From Minisyncoccota bacterium (GTDB lineage Bacteria > Patescibacteriota > Minisyncoccia > UBA6257 > 2-01-FULL-56-20), in contig DATJLR010000001.1 of the NCBI GenBank assembly GCA_035509435.1, positions 58,732 through 122,731 of the forward strand: 64,000 bases of DNA, in the 5' to 3' direction. Each line of letters opens with the position of its first letter. Position 1 is the first letter of the stretch. Below are positions 20,356 through 28,879 of this stretch, piece by piece. Both the position numbers and the translations under genes were made by a program. A model generated the notes under the pieces. It was not told where the DNA came from. It worked only from the letters and a program-made list of their open reading frames with translations, and searched no databases.

Positions 20356-21147
20356 ATGATCACAGAAACGGACTATTCAAATTACATCATCGAGAACTTC
20401 CCCGACGTTACCGACCAATTCTCTGATAGAGATCATATAAGCGGTCTTTGTACGAACTGCGGGCGCGAAGTCGCGTTCGACATTACGAGTTATGGCGTCT
20501 CATATGTGAACCTTCCGCCGGTCTTTCCAGAAGAACCTCCTCAAAAAATGGCTGCGGGCAACCGACCGAGAACGATTATGTTCCGGTGCCCCATAAAGGG
20601 GTGCGGACACCTCAAGCTCTGGGTCGTGGTGGAGTTGGAGCTTTTGAAAGAGGGGTCAAAAAAGAGCGAGCGACACACCTATCTGTTGAACTCTATCCCA
20701 AACGAAAACGAAGAGATTGAAGGAGTACCCAATGACCCTCCTCAGCTTAAAGCCGCCTACAAAGAAGCAATACGTTGTCTCAATGCAAACGCGCCGATGG
20801 CCGCGGCGGCCATGTTTCGTCGGGCGTTGCAGGTAATCACGCGTGACATCCTCGGAGCAAAACCTGGTAAGCTCGCCAATGAACTCAAGGAACTGAAGGG
20901 CTCTACAAATCCGCTAGGCATCGCTCTCACAAACGACTTCTCCCAAAATGCCTATATCCTCAAGGAGGCCGGCAATCAGGGCGCACATCCCGACGATGAT
21001 CTCGACCTTCTCTCGTTCGATCCAGAAGACGCGGAGTATCTTCACCAGCTTTTCGCCGAAGTCGTCGCCGAGATTTTCGTCGCACCGGCAGCCGCAAAAA
21101 AGGCGCGGGAGGGATTTCTTAAAAAGCGGAAGATAACGGCACAGTAA
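20356..21147 (+). CDS. Zinc-ribbon plus DUF4145-domain protein
   Basis: N-terminal CTNCGRE...CPIKGCGH zinc ribbon. C-terminal AAAAMFRRALQ...ILKEAGNQGAHPDDD...DAEYLHQLFAEVV matches the DUF4145 pattern often fused to restriction or Abi proteins. Confidence 0.55.
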   Translation: MITETDYSNYIIENFPDVTDQFSDRDHISGLCTNCGREVAFDITSYGVSYVNLPPVFPEEPPQKMAAGNRPRTIMFRCPIKGCGHLKLWVVVELELLKEGSKKSERHTYLLNSIPNENEEIEGVPNDPPQLKAAYKEAIRCLNANAPMAAAAMFRRALQVITRDILGAKPGKLANELKELKGSTNPLGIALTNDFSQNAYILKEAGNQGAHPDDDLDLLSFDPEDAEYLHQLFAEVVAEIFVAPAAAKKAREGFLKKRKITAQ

Positions 21148-21151
21148 AAGC

Positions 21152-21496
21152 ATGGATCTGCCCAATAAGACGAGGAATGACGAAGTGAAGGCCGCCATCG
21201 ACCTACTTAAAAGCGGCAAATTAGATCTCGGAGCGTCGACCGAAAAACACATCGGGATCGCCAATGCGTTGGCCTCTCTCGACGTTGCAGAGTCCCTTCA
21301 AATCACATCTGTGCAGATCGAAGAGTCATCGTCGCAAGATAGAGTTGCGCTAAACACCGCCGTCCACGCGCTCATTTCATCAAACGAAAAACTGGCGGAG
21401 AGCAATAAAAAATATGCACGCGCCATGATGTGGCTAACGGGAGCCATCGTTCTCGTGGGCGTCGCGCAGATAATCGCCTCGTTCTTCGCCAAATAG
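21152..21496 (+). CDS. Small protein with a C-terminal TM helix (hypothetical)
   Basis: 114 aa. Lies 5 nt after the DUF4145 gene, so it is likely co-transcribed. Confidence 0.45.
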   Translation: MDLPNKTRNDEVKAAIDLLKSGKLDLGASTEKHIGIANALASLDVAESLQITSVQIEESSSQDRVALNTAVHALISSNEKLAESNKKYARAMMWLTGAIVLVGVAQIIASFFAK

Positions 21497-21500
21497 TATT

Positions 21501-22001
21501 ATGGCATCCAAAGAACGCCTCGAAAAAGCAGCCGCCGTCATCACGATCATCGGCTTCCCCGTAATCGCCGTCTCAATGCTTTTCGGCTTCTACCAACTCA
21601 AGGCAGCATCCGATCAACTGACCGCAATCCAGAAAGTAACAGCTTCACAAAATAATATCGCGCTCAACGCGGAGTTCTTCAACGATCCGACGAACATTGG
21701 CATCATCAATGACCTCTACAACAATACCCCGATCCTCGTGGAGCATGGCGGCCAATATAGTGATGCCCAGCTCGACAAATATCTTGGCGACTTCGACACA
21801 ATCAGCGACGCCTATGACGAGGGCTTCCTCTCGGAAGCGGATCTCTGTGACTCCTTCTCCTACTACATCGCGGCAACGATGCAGAATAAGGAGATCCAAA
21901 AATACATGACGGCGGAGGCCAAGCAGGACTCCAGCTTCTATGGCGGGTTGCCGGAACTCAGCTCGGACGTGACGAATAGCACCGATACGGATTGCCACTA
22001 A
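21501..22001 (+). CDS. Small protein with an N-terminal TM helix (hypothetical)
   Basis: 166 aa. Lies 5 nt after the previous gene. Confidence 0.45.
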   Translation: MASKERLEKAAAVITIIGFPVIAVSMLFGFYQLKAASDQLTAIQKVTASQNNIALNAEFFNDPTNIGIINDLYNNTPILVEHGGQYSDAQLDKYLGDFDTISDAYDEGFLSEADLCDSFSYYIAATMQNKEIQKYMTAEAKQDSSFYGGLPELSSDVTNSTDTDCH

Positions 22002-22018
22002 CGCGGGAGGCTACGCGA

Positions 22019-22074
22019 TTGACAATAGGGCATAAATAATGATATTATAATTCCACTTTCCGAGAGTCTCGGAA
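22019..22074 (+). promoter_or_regulatory. Promoter (TTGACA ... TATTAT/TATAAT) overlapping a perfect 17-bp palindromic operator, TTCCGAGAGTCTCGGAA
   Basis: TTGACA at 22019, a -10 at about 22043-22051, the palindrome at 22058..22074, then AGGAGG at 22096 and a GTG start at 22109. Confidence 0.6.
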
Positions 22075-22108
22075 GGCAGCTCTTCACAACAGAATAGGAG
22101 GTAGAGCA

Positions 22109-22426
22109 GTGGTGAGCAGCAGAGACAGAGTAGGCGCTGCAAGCACCGGTCTATCACAGGCAACTTTGGTAAGAGGCGTGGTAACGGCCGTTCATGAAGG
22201 AGGCGAAGGATTTGCTTCGACCTATCTTCATGATGCGATTGACGGCATCCCAGAAGGGACGCACATCACGTTTTCGCTGAAGGACTGGCAGGGCGGCAGT
22301 ACGCTGCCCCGCAAAGGACAGGTGGTCAGCTTAGAACAGATAACCCTCTTCGAGAAAGGTTGGCGGGCGCTGTGCGCCAAGCCGATCGGCATCGACGGAG
22401 GCAGACAGAGAGGAGCACGCAGATGA
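22109..22426 (+). CDS. Small hypothetical protein (GTG start)
   Basis: 105 aa. AGGAGG lies 7 nt upstream. Its stop overlaps the next gene's ATG (ATGA). Confidence 0.45.
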   Translation: MVSSRDRVGAASTGLSQATLVRGVVTAVHEGGEGFASTYLHDAIDGIPEGTHITFSLKDWQGGSTLPRKGQVVSLEQITLFEKGWRALCAKPIGIDGGRQRGARR

Positions 22427-23205
22427 GAGCCGAAGCAAGGGCGCAGGGACTTCCTAAGGGAAGCGCCATGGACTGCCTGAAGCATTACCTCGAGCAGCTT
22501 CCGTGGGGCGACCAGAGCTCCACCGAAGCGCGAAAACCCATGGCCGATTTTCTCGGAATCAACTCCGACTCGATCAGGCGGTGGTTCACCGGCGATACCC
22601 AGCCGAAAGGTTTGGTGCTCGTGAAGCTGCGGTATTTTCTGGAAGATCAAGGATACCGCATTGAAGAGCTCGAAGGACTTCAGCCGCTGGCGCGCCAATT
22701 GGGGAGACTCATTTCCAACGGCGTGATCAGCTACGAGGAAACGGCGAAGGAGCTCGGCTTCACCGAGGTCTCCGACATCCTTCGCGCGCTCCACGCGAAA
22801 GCCCCCTTCTCAAGCAAACAGATGGCGGGAATAGCGCGCATCTGTGCAGAGCATCCGCTGGAGGTCCAAGAAACCACCAGCGCACCCGCCATCGCGCTTT
22901 TGTCCCGTGCGGTCGCCCTCCAAGGGCAGGCGCGGAGCGCAATACGGGACCGGGTCGAGGAGGACATCATCCATCTTCTCGATGGCCTGAACGGGCTTTG
23001 CGCCGTCCTTGAGCCGCGACTCGAACACATGCTGTCGGACGGGTTTACGCCCGAACAACGGCAGGCGTTCCGGGAAAAGGCGGGGCGGCACCGCGTGTTC
23101 GATATGGCCAATCGCTTCTATCGGCTCAACAAGCAGCTGAATGCCCTGTGCAGCGAGAAAGCCCGCGAGATCACTTCAACCACGCCAACCCAGAACCAGA
23201 GATAG
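22423..23205 (+). CDS. Hypothetical protein with an N-terminal HTH-like segment (putative regulator or system component)
   Basis: ATGA translational-coupling overlap with the upstream gene. GINSDSIRRWFTGDTQP resembles an HTH. 260 aa from MRAEARAQ. Confidence 0.5.
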   Translation: MRAEARAQGLPKGSAMDCLKHYLEQLPWGDQSSTEARKPMADFLGINSDSIRRWFTGDTQPKGLVLVKLRYFLEDQGYRIEELEGLQPLARQLGRLISNGVISYEETAKELGFTEVSDILRALHAKAPFSSKQMAGIARICAEHPLEVQETTSAPAIALLSRAVALQGQARSAIRDRVEEDIIHLLDGLNGLCAVLEPRLEHMLSDGFTPEQRQAFREKAGRHRVFDMANRFYRLNKQLNALCSEKAREITSTTPTQNQR

Positions 23206-23217
23206 AGGGAGATCAAG

Positions 23218-24897
23218 ATGCAGACCGCAGAAAGCAGCAAGATCGACTTTCACCACGGACAAGCGCTCTTGCGGGTCGCCGGGCATTACCCGACGCTCGC
23301 GGAAGTTGTCTACGAGGCCGTCCAGAACGCTCTGGACGCCGACGCCACGAACATCAACGTGGCCATCAACCACAAGAAGCGGACGCTCACGGTGTCGGAC
23401 GACGGCGTGGGAACGACGCGGAGCCGCTTCGAGGACGCACTCCTCTCCGTGTGCAAGGGCATCAAGGACGGGGACAAGCTCGGCCAGTTCGGAATGGGCC
23501 TCATCGCCCCTCTCGGCAAGTGCCAGCGGTTCACGTTCATCTCCACGCCGAAGAGCAATCCTCGGGCCTACCTGCAGTGGACGTTCTCTACGGACGACAT
23601 CTGCGGGCAGGAGAAGATCGACGGCATTCCCGTCGAACCTTTGCCCGACCTGCACTTCGAACGCGAGGGGAGCCGCAGCGGCGTCGCGTGGCGCACCCAA
23701 GTGAAGCTTTACAACTTTACGAAGGACCGCCTGCTGAGCCGCATGACGGCGTCTTCCCTTCGGGAGGGCATCCTCGAGCGGTTCTCGACGGCAATGCGAC
23801 GCCGGGGCGTGACGGTCAACGTCGAGATCGTCTCCTCCGACGGAGAAGTTTCGGCGGAGAAGATCGTCGCTGACGTCTACGAAGGCAAGCGACTGCCGAT
23901 GGAGTACATTCGCGAGAAGGATGCGGGACAGACTACGTTCCAACTCTACATCGCGAAGAAAACCCAGAAGGGCCGCCGCGGCAAAGTGGTCATCGGGGAG
24001 TCCGGCAAGGATTTCACGATCAGCTTTGCGCAGTTCGCGAGCCACGCGGGGGAACTGCTTGACAGCGACGTCTGCGACGCTCTGGAGTCCGGCGTGTTCG
24101 AAGGGCAGATCTTCACCGAGAAGGCGAAGCTCGACCCGAACCGGCGGCATTTCATCGCCAACGACGCGCTCATGGGCCTCTGCATCGCCATCGACGAGTG
24201 GTATCGCAAAATCGGTGCGAGCCACATCGCGAAGGTGAAGGAAGAGGCGCAGGACGACCGCTACCAGCAGCTCGGCATGCGTTCCATGCGGGTGGTCGAG
24301 GGGCTTCTCGAACAACCGGCCTTCGCCTATCTGAAGGACGTCGTGAAGTCGTTCCGCATCGGTACGATCGGTACGCGGCACACTCGGCCCGATGCCAAAA
24401 TCATCGGGACACAGAGCGAGCCGTCGATCTCGATCGACGCGGCAAAGAGCAACGGCAACGGCGGGGGTGGCAACGGCGGAGGGGGTAGCGACCCGAAGTC
24501 GGAGCATCCCGGTCACACGCCCTACACCGTGAGCGGCCCGAAAGGACGCCAGCGGATGATGGTGCGTGGCAACAGTCAGGGCCTCCAATTCCTCTATGAG
24601 GAGATGGAAGGTTCTGACCGGCTCTGGGATCTCGACAGCAATGCGGGGGTCCTTCGCTATAACACACGCCACCCGCTGTGGGCCGAGTGCGAGTCAGATG
24701 AGCGTGCGCTCATGCGGTTTCAGGAGCACATCGCCATCACGGCACTCACCCTCGAAACGGTTCCGAAGGAATGGAAGGAGCAGCATCGCCGGATGACCGA
24801 CGACGCAATGCCTTCCATCGCTTTCTGGCTCCTCAAGGGTGACGAACTTGCAGGGCGCCGCGCGGGACGGCCGAAAGGTTCCGCTTCCGCGAAGTAA
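23218..24897 (+). CDS. GHKL-superfamily (MutL/MORC/Hsp90-like, HATPase_c_3-type) ATPase with an uncharacterized C-terminal domain
   Basis: Bergerat-fold motifs: N-box YEAVQNALDADATNI, G1 box VSDDGVGT, G2 box GQFGMGL. A Gly/Asn-rich linker NGNGGGGNGGGGSD precedes a roughly 120-aa C-terminal domain. Confidence 0.7.
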   Translation: MQTAESSKIDFHHGQALLRVAGHYPTLAEVVYEAVQNALDADATNINVAINHKKRTLTVSDDGVGTTRSRFEDALLSVCKGIKDGDKLGQFGMGLIAPLGKCQRFTFISTPKSNPRAYLQWTFSTDDICGQEKIDGIPVEPLPDLHFEREGSRSGVAWRTQVKLYNFTKDRLLSRMTASSLREGILERFSTAMRRRGVTVNVEIVSSDGEVSAEKIVADVYEGKRLPMEYIREKDAGQTTFQLYIAKKTQKGRRGKVVIGESGKDFTISFAQFASHAGELLDSDVCDALESGVFEGQIFTEKAKLDPNRRHFIANDALMGLCIAIDEWYRKIGASHIAKVKEEAQDDRYQQLGMRSMRVVEGLLEQPAFAYLKDVVKSFRIGTIGTRHTRPDAKIIGTQSEPSISIDAAKSNGNGGGGNGGGGSDPKSEHPGHTPYTVSGPKGRQRMMVRGNSQGLQFLYEEMEGSDRLWDLDSNAGVLRYNTRHPLWAECESDERALMRFQEHIAITALTLETVPKEWKEQHRRMTDDAMPSIAFWLLKGDELAGRRAGRPKGSASAK

Positions 24898-24963
24898 CCG
24901 CGCTTCACCTCCACCAGTAACAGCCGCCACCATCATTTATCATTCGGCGGCTCTCATTCATAC

Positions 24964-25000
24964 CCGGCCCGACAGGCATCATGCTTGTCGGGCTTTTTCA
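24964..25000 (+). terminator. Rho-independent terminator
   Basis: GCCCGACAGG-CATCATG-CTTGTCGGGC followed by TTTTTC. Confidence 0.65.
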
Positions 25001-25099
25001 TCTCGACTTCAACCACCCCTCGCGCTATGATGTAATCACAACTGAAAAGGATGCCTAAACCATCGCGGTAACGCGGTGGCATGGCGGAAGTGCACAAGT

Positions 25100-25143
25100 C
25101 CTACGAGGACAAAGAACCCATCACATGGGGCTGTCCTCGTAGG
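25100..25143. repeat. Perfect 12-bp inverted repeat (CCTACGAGGACA / TGTCCTCGTAGG) with a 20-nt spacer
   Basis: Read directly from the sequence. Intergenic, between the GHKL gene's terminator and the PH-SHOCT gene. Confidence 0.6.
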
Positions 25144-25246
25144 CCATGCCGGAAACGGCGTGGAGGGCGCAAGCTCTCACCCATGCGGTGGGTTCTTTGG
25201 TCGATAAGAAGCTCCTCCGCACGGGGAGCATTTCTATATCACCACC

Positions 25247-25405
25247 ATGAAAACACGAGACCAAATCAACGAACGCGTGAAGCACATTGACGGGACATTT
25301 CCTGGCGTCGCTGGCCCCACGCATATGCTCGCGATCGTCGTAGAGCTCCTCCTCGACATCCGCAGCCAGCTTGAGGAGCTACTCAAAGCCGAAGACGCAA
25401 AATAA
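25247..25405 (+). CDS. Possible small protein (52 aa), below the ORF-track threshold
   Basis: ATG...TAA ORF giving MKTRDQINERVKHIDGTFPGVAGPTHMLAIVVELLLDIRSQLEELLKAEDAK. Ends 11 nt before the next gene. Confidence 0.25.
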   Translation: MKTRDQINERVKHIDGTFPGVAGPTHMLAIVVELLLDIRSQLEELLKAEDAK

Positions 25406-25416
25406 CAGAAACCGAT

Positions 25417-26076
25417 ATGGGTATCTTCACCAGTAAGGCAAGGGAGCGAGAAAAACTCAAAGCCACACTCATTCCATTGATCGCAGAGAAGGATAAGTTC
25501 CTCAAGGACGCGGTAGCGATGAAGCGTATCCCCACGATCACGCCACCGGCCTCTCTCATTCTCGAAAAAGACGAACGCCTCATCCTCGCTGATCCCACGA
25601 CGCTTCGAGAGGCGCGAGCGGTACGCGAAAGCAGCGGCGGCTTCGGGAGCGTGCGCGTGGGTCACGCAAGGATTGGCAGTTATAGCGGAACCTCTTTCAG
25701 CACGCTCAAATGGGCTGACCTCGACAAGGGATCGCTCTACCTCACCAACCATCGCCTCATTTTCCAGGGCAACAAAGAAAATCGGATCATCCCCCTCAAG
25801 AGCATCTCAGCGCTCCAACCCATCCCCTTCGGAACAATCAGTATGAGTGTTGTGAATAAACCCAAAAATATGCAATTCCCCGTGAGAAACCCATACCTCT
25901 GGGAAGCCGTCACGAAAATCGAACGGACATCACTCGGCGACAACATTGTGCTGAAAAAAGCCCAAGCACAAAACGGCAATCTCGATGATCTCGAAAAGCT
26001 CGCCGACCTCAAGGGAAAAGGCATCATCACCGATGACGAGTTCGCAGCGAAGAAGAAGCAGATCCTAGGGCTTTAA
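25417..26076 (+). CDS. Bacterial PH-like domain plus C-terminal SHOCT-domain protein
   Basis: C-terminal LEKLADLKGKGIITDDEFAAKKKQILGL is a typical SHOCT motif. The middle resembles bPH/YokE-like folds. Confidence 0.5.
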   Translation: MGIFTSKAREREKLKATLIPLIAEKDKFLKDAVAMKRIPTITPPASLILEKDERLILADPTTLREARAVRESSGGFGSVRVGHARIGSYSGTSFSTLKWADLDKGSLYLTNHRLIFQGNKENRIIPLKSISALQPIPFGTISMSVVNKPKNMQFPVRNPYLWEAVTKIERTSLGDNIVLKKAQAQNGNLDDLEKLADLKGKGIITDDEFAAKKKQILGL

Positions 26077-26117
26077 GGCATCTCCACTTCGGCAAGGTAA
26101 TGGCATAGAATGGTGTC

Positions 26118-27962
26118 ATGGCAGAACCGACCAATCCAGAAGAACTCCTTGAGGCCCTCAAACTACTCCAAGCCGTGGAGGCAGATGATCCCGAGGTCAT
26201 AAAAAAATATCGCTACGTCATCTACGCACGAAAATCGACGGACGAGAAAGACAAACAACAACGCTCACTCGGCGACCAAGTGCGCGAGTGCGAGGAGTTC
26301 GCTGGATATAACAATCTGACGATCGCGAAAATCATCGAGGAGTCCGAGTCCGCTAAAGAGCCAGATATTCGGCCGAAGTTCCGCACTATGATGAACGATG
26401 TGGCCGCGGGCAAATACCAAGGCATCATCGCGTGGCATCCCGATCGCCTCTCCCGCAACATGAAAGAGGCAGGCGAAATCATCGACCTACTCGACAAGGG
26501 CATCATTAAGGATCTCAAGTTCAAGAGCTTCACCTTCGTGAATGATGCGAGCGGCAAGATGACGCTCGGCATCACCTTTGTGCTCGCAAAACAATACTCC
26601 GAGCAACTCGGGGCAAATATCGCGCGCGGCAACAAGCGCAGCATCGAAGAAGGAAAATATCCGAACAGAACAAAACCTGGTTATTACAAAGACGGAGACG
26701 GGCGCCTCCGTCCCGATGGACAGAACTTCATCCTCATCAAGCGGGCATTCCAAATGCGCCTCGAAGGTGCGACGTGCGAAAAAATTGCGGACTTTCTCAA
26801 TGAGAACGGATACCAGAGATGGAATAAAGACGGCACGCATACGCCATTCAAGATGAGCGTCAGACGGGTCTATGACTTCATGCTCGATCCGGCTTACGCC
26901 GGCGTCATCGTTTACGGCAAGAAGGGCGGCGGGGTCAACCTCATGAAGGAATACGACTTCCAACCAGCGATCTCCGTTCCCGACTTTATGAAGATCAACA
27001 ACCTGACCGATCGAAGCCAGGTTCTCCGACTTGCGCGAAAATATCGCCGTCACGAAGACGTGCGAGCGGATCTCATGCGAGGCATGGTCTTCTGCTCGAA
27101 ATGCGGGGAAAACATGGGTCCAGGCATAACAGCCAAGAAGAACGTGTCGGGCCCCAAGAACTATCTCTACTACCGATGCACCACGCCGGATTGTCCGCGC
27201 AAGGGAAAGTCCACACGGGCGCGAGTGATTACTGACTATATCCTCGACTTCCTGGCTCAAAAACCGTTCTCCTCCCGACGGGCCTATGAGCACTATGCCG
27301 AAGAAATGCCTCGCGTGGCGGCCGAGCGAGAGCGAAACCTCCGCACTCTCCTCGTGGAGAAAAAGACCGAGCGGACGCGACTTGAGAACAAAATGGCGAA
27401 AATACGCGACCGGCTCCTTGAGATCGGCAAAGACGAGAAAATCGCCCAGGATTACCAGGGTGATCTTGCTGCGGGCGAGAAGGATCTCAAGGGGCTGGAG
27501 GGCGAAATAGGCCAGATTGAGCGAAAATTAAAGGCCAGCAAGGCCGCAATCCTCACCTACGAGCAATTCCTCGAACTATGGGAAAAGACCCCGAAGATAC
27601 TGGCTAAAATGAAACCGCTCACCCAAAAGGACGCGATCATCCGAAAAATGTTCTCGAACTTCACGGTAAGCGCAAAAAATGTAGAGAAAATGGAGCTCGC
27701 AGAGCCGTTCAAGGCGCTCTGCGACCCCAAATTGCTGGGGGGTGGAGATCGAAGTGCGTTATATAAATTCCTTCTTCATTCCTTCTTCGCGCCTTTCTTA
27801 TACTGTCGCCAAGCTCCAAAACTGAGCACTACAGTTAATAAAACTGCCGAGGCCCACCGGAAAAAAATATCGCTATTGAGCCGATCACTTGGCGGTACAT
27901 CGGTGGTATTTATTGATGGATCGGCCGGTAGATATACTACTTCTACGCCTTGCCCTACCTGA
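26118..27962 (+). CDS. Large serine recombinase (resolvase/integrase family) 1. The C-terminal ~60 codons are possibly non-native.
   Basis: YVIYARKSTDE (catalytic Ser), HPDRLSRN and a recombinase domain with a zinc-ribbon region (CSKCGENMG...CTTPDCPRKGK) and a coiled coil. The 3' end extends into the AT-rich block and overlaps an antisense gene. Confidence 0.8.
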   Translation: MAEPTNPEELLEALKLLQAVEADDPEVIKKYRYVIYARKSTDEKDKQQRSLGDQVRECEEFAGYNNLTIAKIIEESESAKEPDIRPKFRTMMNDVAAGKYQGIIAWHPDRLSRNMKEAGEIIDLLDKGIIKDLKFKSFTFVNDASGKMTLGITFVLAKQYSEQLGANIARGNKRSIEEGKYPNRTKPGYYKDGDGRLRPDGQNFILIKRAFQMRLEGATCEKIADFLNENGYQRWNKDGTHTPFKMSVRRVYDFMLDPAYAGVIVYGKKGGGVNLMKEYDFQPAISVPDFMKINNLTDRSQVLRLARKYRRHEDVRADLMRGMVFCSKCGENMGPGITAKKNVSGPKNYLYYRCTTPDCPRKGKSTRARVITDYILDFLAQKPFSSRRAYEHYAEEMPRVAAERERNLRTLLVEKKTERTRLENKMAKIRDRLLEIGKDEKIAQDYQGDLAAGEKDLKGLEGEIGQIERKLKASKAAILTYEQFLELWEKTPKILAKMKPLTQKDAIIRKMFSNFTVSAKNVEKMELAEPFKALCDPKLLGGGDRSALYKFLLHSFFAPFLYCRQAPKLSTTVNKTAEAHRKKISLLSRSLGGTSVVFIDGSAGRYTTSTPCPT

Positions 27963-28237
27963 ATAGCTTGGCAATCTAAGCTATTATCTGAGGAATCATA
28001 TTGTTGTCCTCCAACACTAAATTCATATGAGTAAGACGCGTGATTGGCACAATCGATACTGGTAATGGCTCCCTGTGTAGCTTTGCCATTCTTAAGTAAT
28101 TGCTCGTATTTGTTTATATCCGAAGATGTTACTAAGAACAAAATTCCGTAGACGAAAAGGAAAATACATATTGCCAAGATGATCGAGTAAAGAAGCTTTA
28201 CTCTTGAGGAAGGCTTATCTATTTCTGCTGTATTCAT
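27776..28237 (-). CDS. Small membrane protein (N- and C-terminal TM helices, DUF3592-like topology)
   Basis: 153 aa. Last gene of the minus-strand KAP operon. Its 3' region overlaps the recombinase-1 3' end. Confidence 0.45.
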   Translation of the reverse strand: MNTAEIDKPSSRVKLLYSIILAICIFLFVYGILFLVTSSDINKYEQLLKNGKATQGAITSIDCANHASYSYEFSVGGQQYDSSDNSLDCQAIQVGQGVEVVYLPADPSINTTDVPPSDRLNSDIFFRWASAVLLTVVLSFGAWRQYKKGAKKE

Positions 28238-28266
28238 GCCTTAACTATATCTAAGGTTTGGTTTTA

Positions 28267-28848
28267 TTAGTTCGGCTTTGTGTGAGTTACTGCATCATAA
28301 ACATCCATGAAATTGCTAGTTCCCAGCTCTTGAATGCTGATATTTTGAATAGGAACTTTAACCGTTAGGCCGTTCATAGTATTGATCCACAAAAGCAGGG
28401 TGCCTGAATAAATTGAACTGCTTTGTTCAGTCGTTGTAAAAAATATGTTATAGAGATCAAGAGTCGAAGAGTTTTGTGGGAATCCTAATTCTGCTATTAC
28501 CGGATGAAGATCTATATTGATGGAATTATCTGGAAAGATAGTCTGCTGAATTGGAAATAGAACAGTTTTACCACTTATCGAAGCTTCATCAACATAAATG
28601 GAAGATTCTCCGTGGTTGGTCAAGGTTAAAAGTAATTTTTGACTATCAAATGTTTCGCCGATACTCGGACTGAAGTATTTTAAATAACTAAGGTCCCGCA
28701 GTTGAGAATTAATCGCTCCTTGCTGTAAATCAATAGCTATCTGCATGGCTCCTAAAAAAAGTGCCACCACAACAGGAATGAAGAACTTCAAGAAATCAAA
28801 CCAATTATTTCTCCACCACTCCTTCAGCTTAGGCAATGCATTGTTCAT
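28267..28848 (-). CDS. Hypothetical protein with an N-terminal TM anchor
   Basis: 193 aa. Starts 32 nt downstream of the KAP NTPase stop. Confidence 0.45.
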   Translation of the reverse strand: MNNALPKLKEWWRNNWFDFLKFFIPVVVALFLGAMQIAIDLQQGAINSQLRDLSYLKYFSPSIGETFDSQKLLLTLTNHGESSIYVDEASISGKTVLFPIQQTIFPDNSINIDLHPVIAELGFPQNSSTLDLYNIFFTTTEQSSSIYSGTLLLWINTMNGLTVKVPIQNISIQELGTSNFMDVYDAVTHTKPN

Positions 28849-28879
28849 TTTTTTAAACCAATTGGAATAATAGGTGCAA

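Larger units (their letters stand above)
20040..27750. mobile_element. Genomic island block B (ssrA-distal): a candidate defense locus plus large serine recombinase 1. The left boundary is uncertain.
   Basis: A run of hypothetical or conflict-type genes ending in a serine recombinase. GC is somewhat lower and patchy relative to the core. It abuts AT-rich block A. Confidence 0.45.

Noticed and set aside
19970-20359. Two overlapping ORFs of about 99 aa on opposite strands at the island's left edge
   Set aside because: No RBS and no motifs. Likely non-coding att or boundary DNA. Possibly a gene remnant, but unsupported.
20040-20360. Direct repeat of the ssrA 3' end as an att half-site at the distal island boundary
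   Set aside because: Only a 7-nt GTGGAAG match was found at about 20070. Serine-recombinase att sites need not be long repeats, so the boundary is left unresolved and not asserted.
23176-24672. 498-aa ORF antisense to the GHKL ATPase gene
   Set aside because: Arg/Ala/Val-rich low-complexity translation typical of high-GC antisense frames. The plus-strand frame carries clear Bergerat ATPase motifs and sits in an operon.
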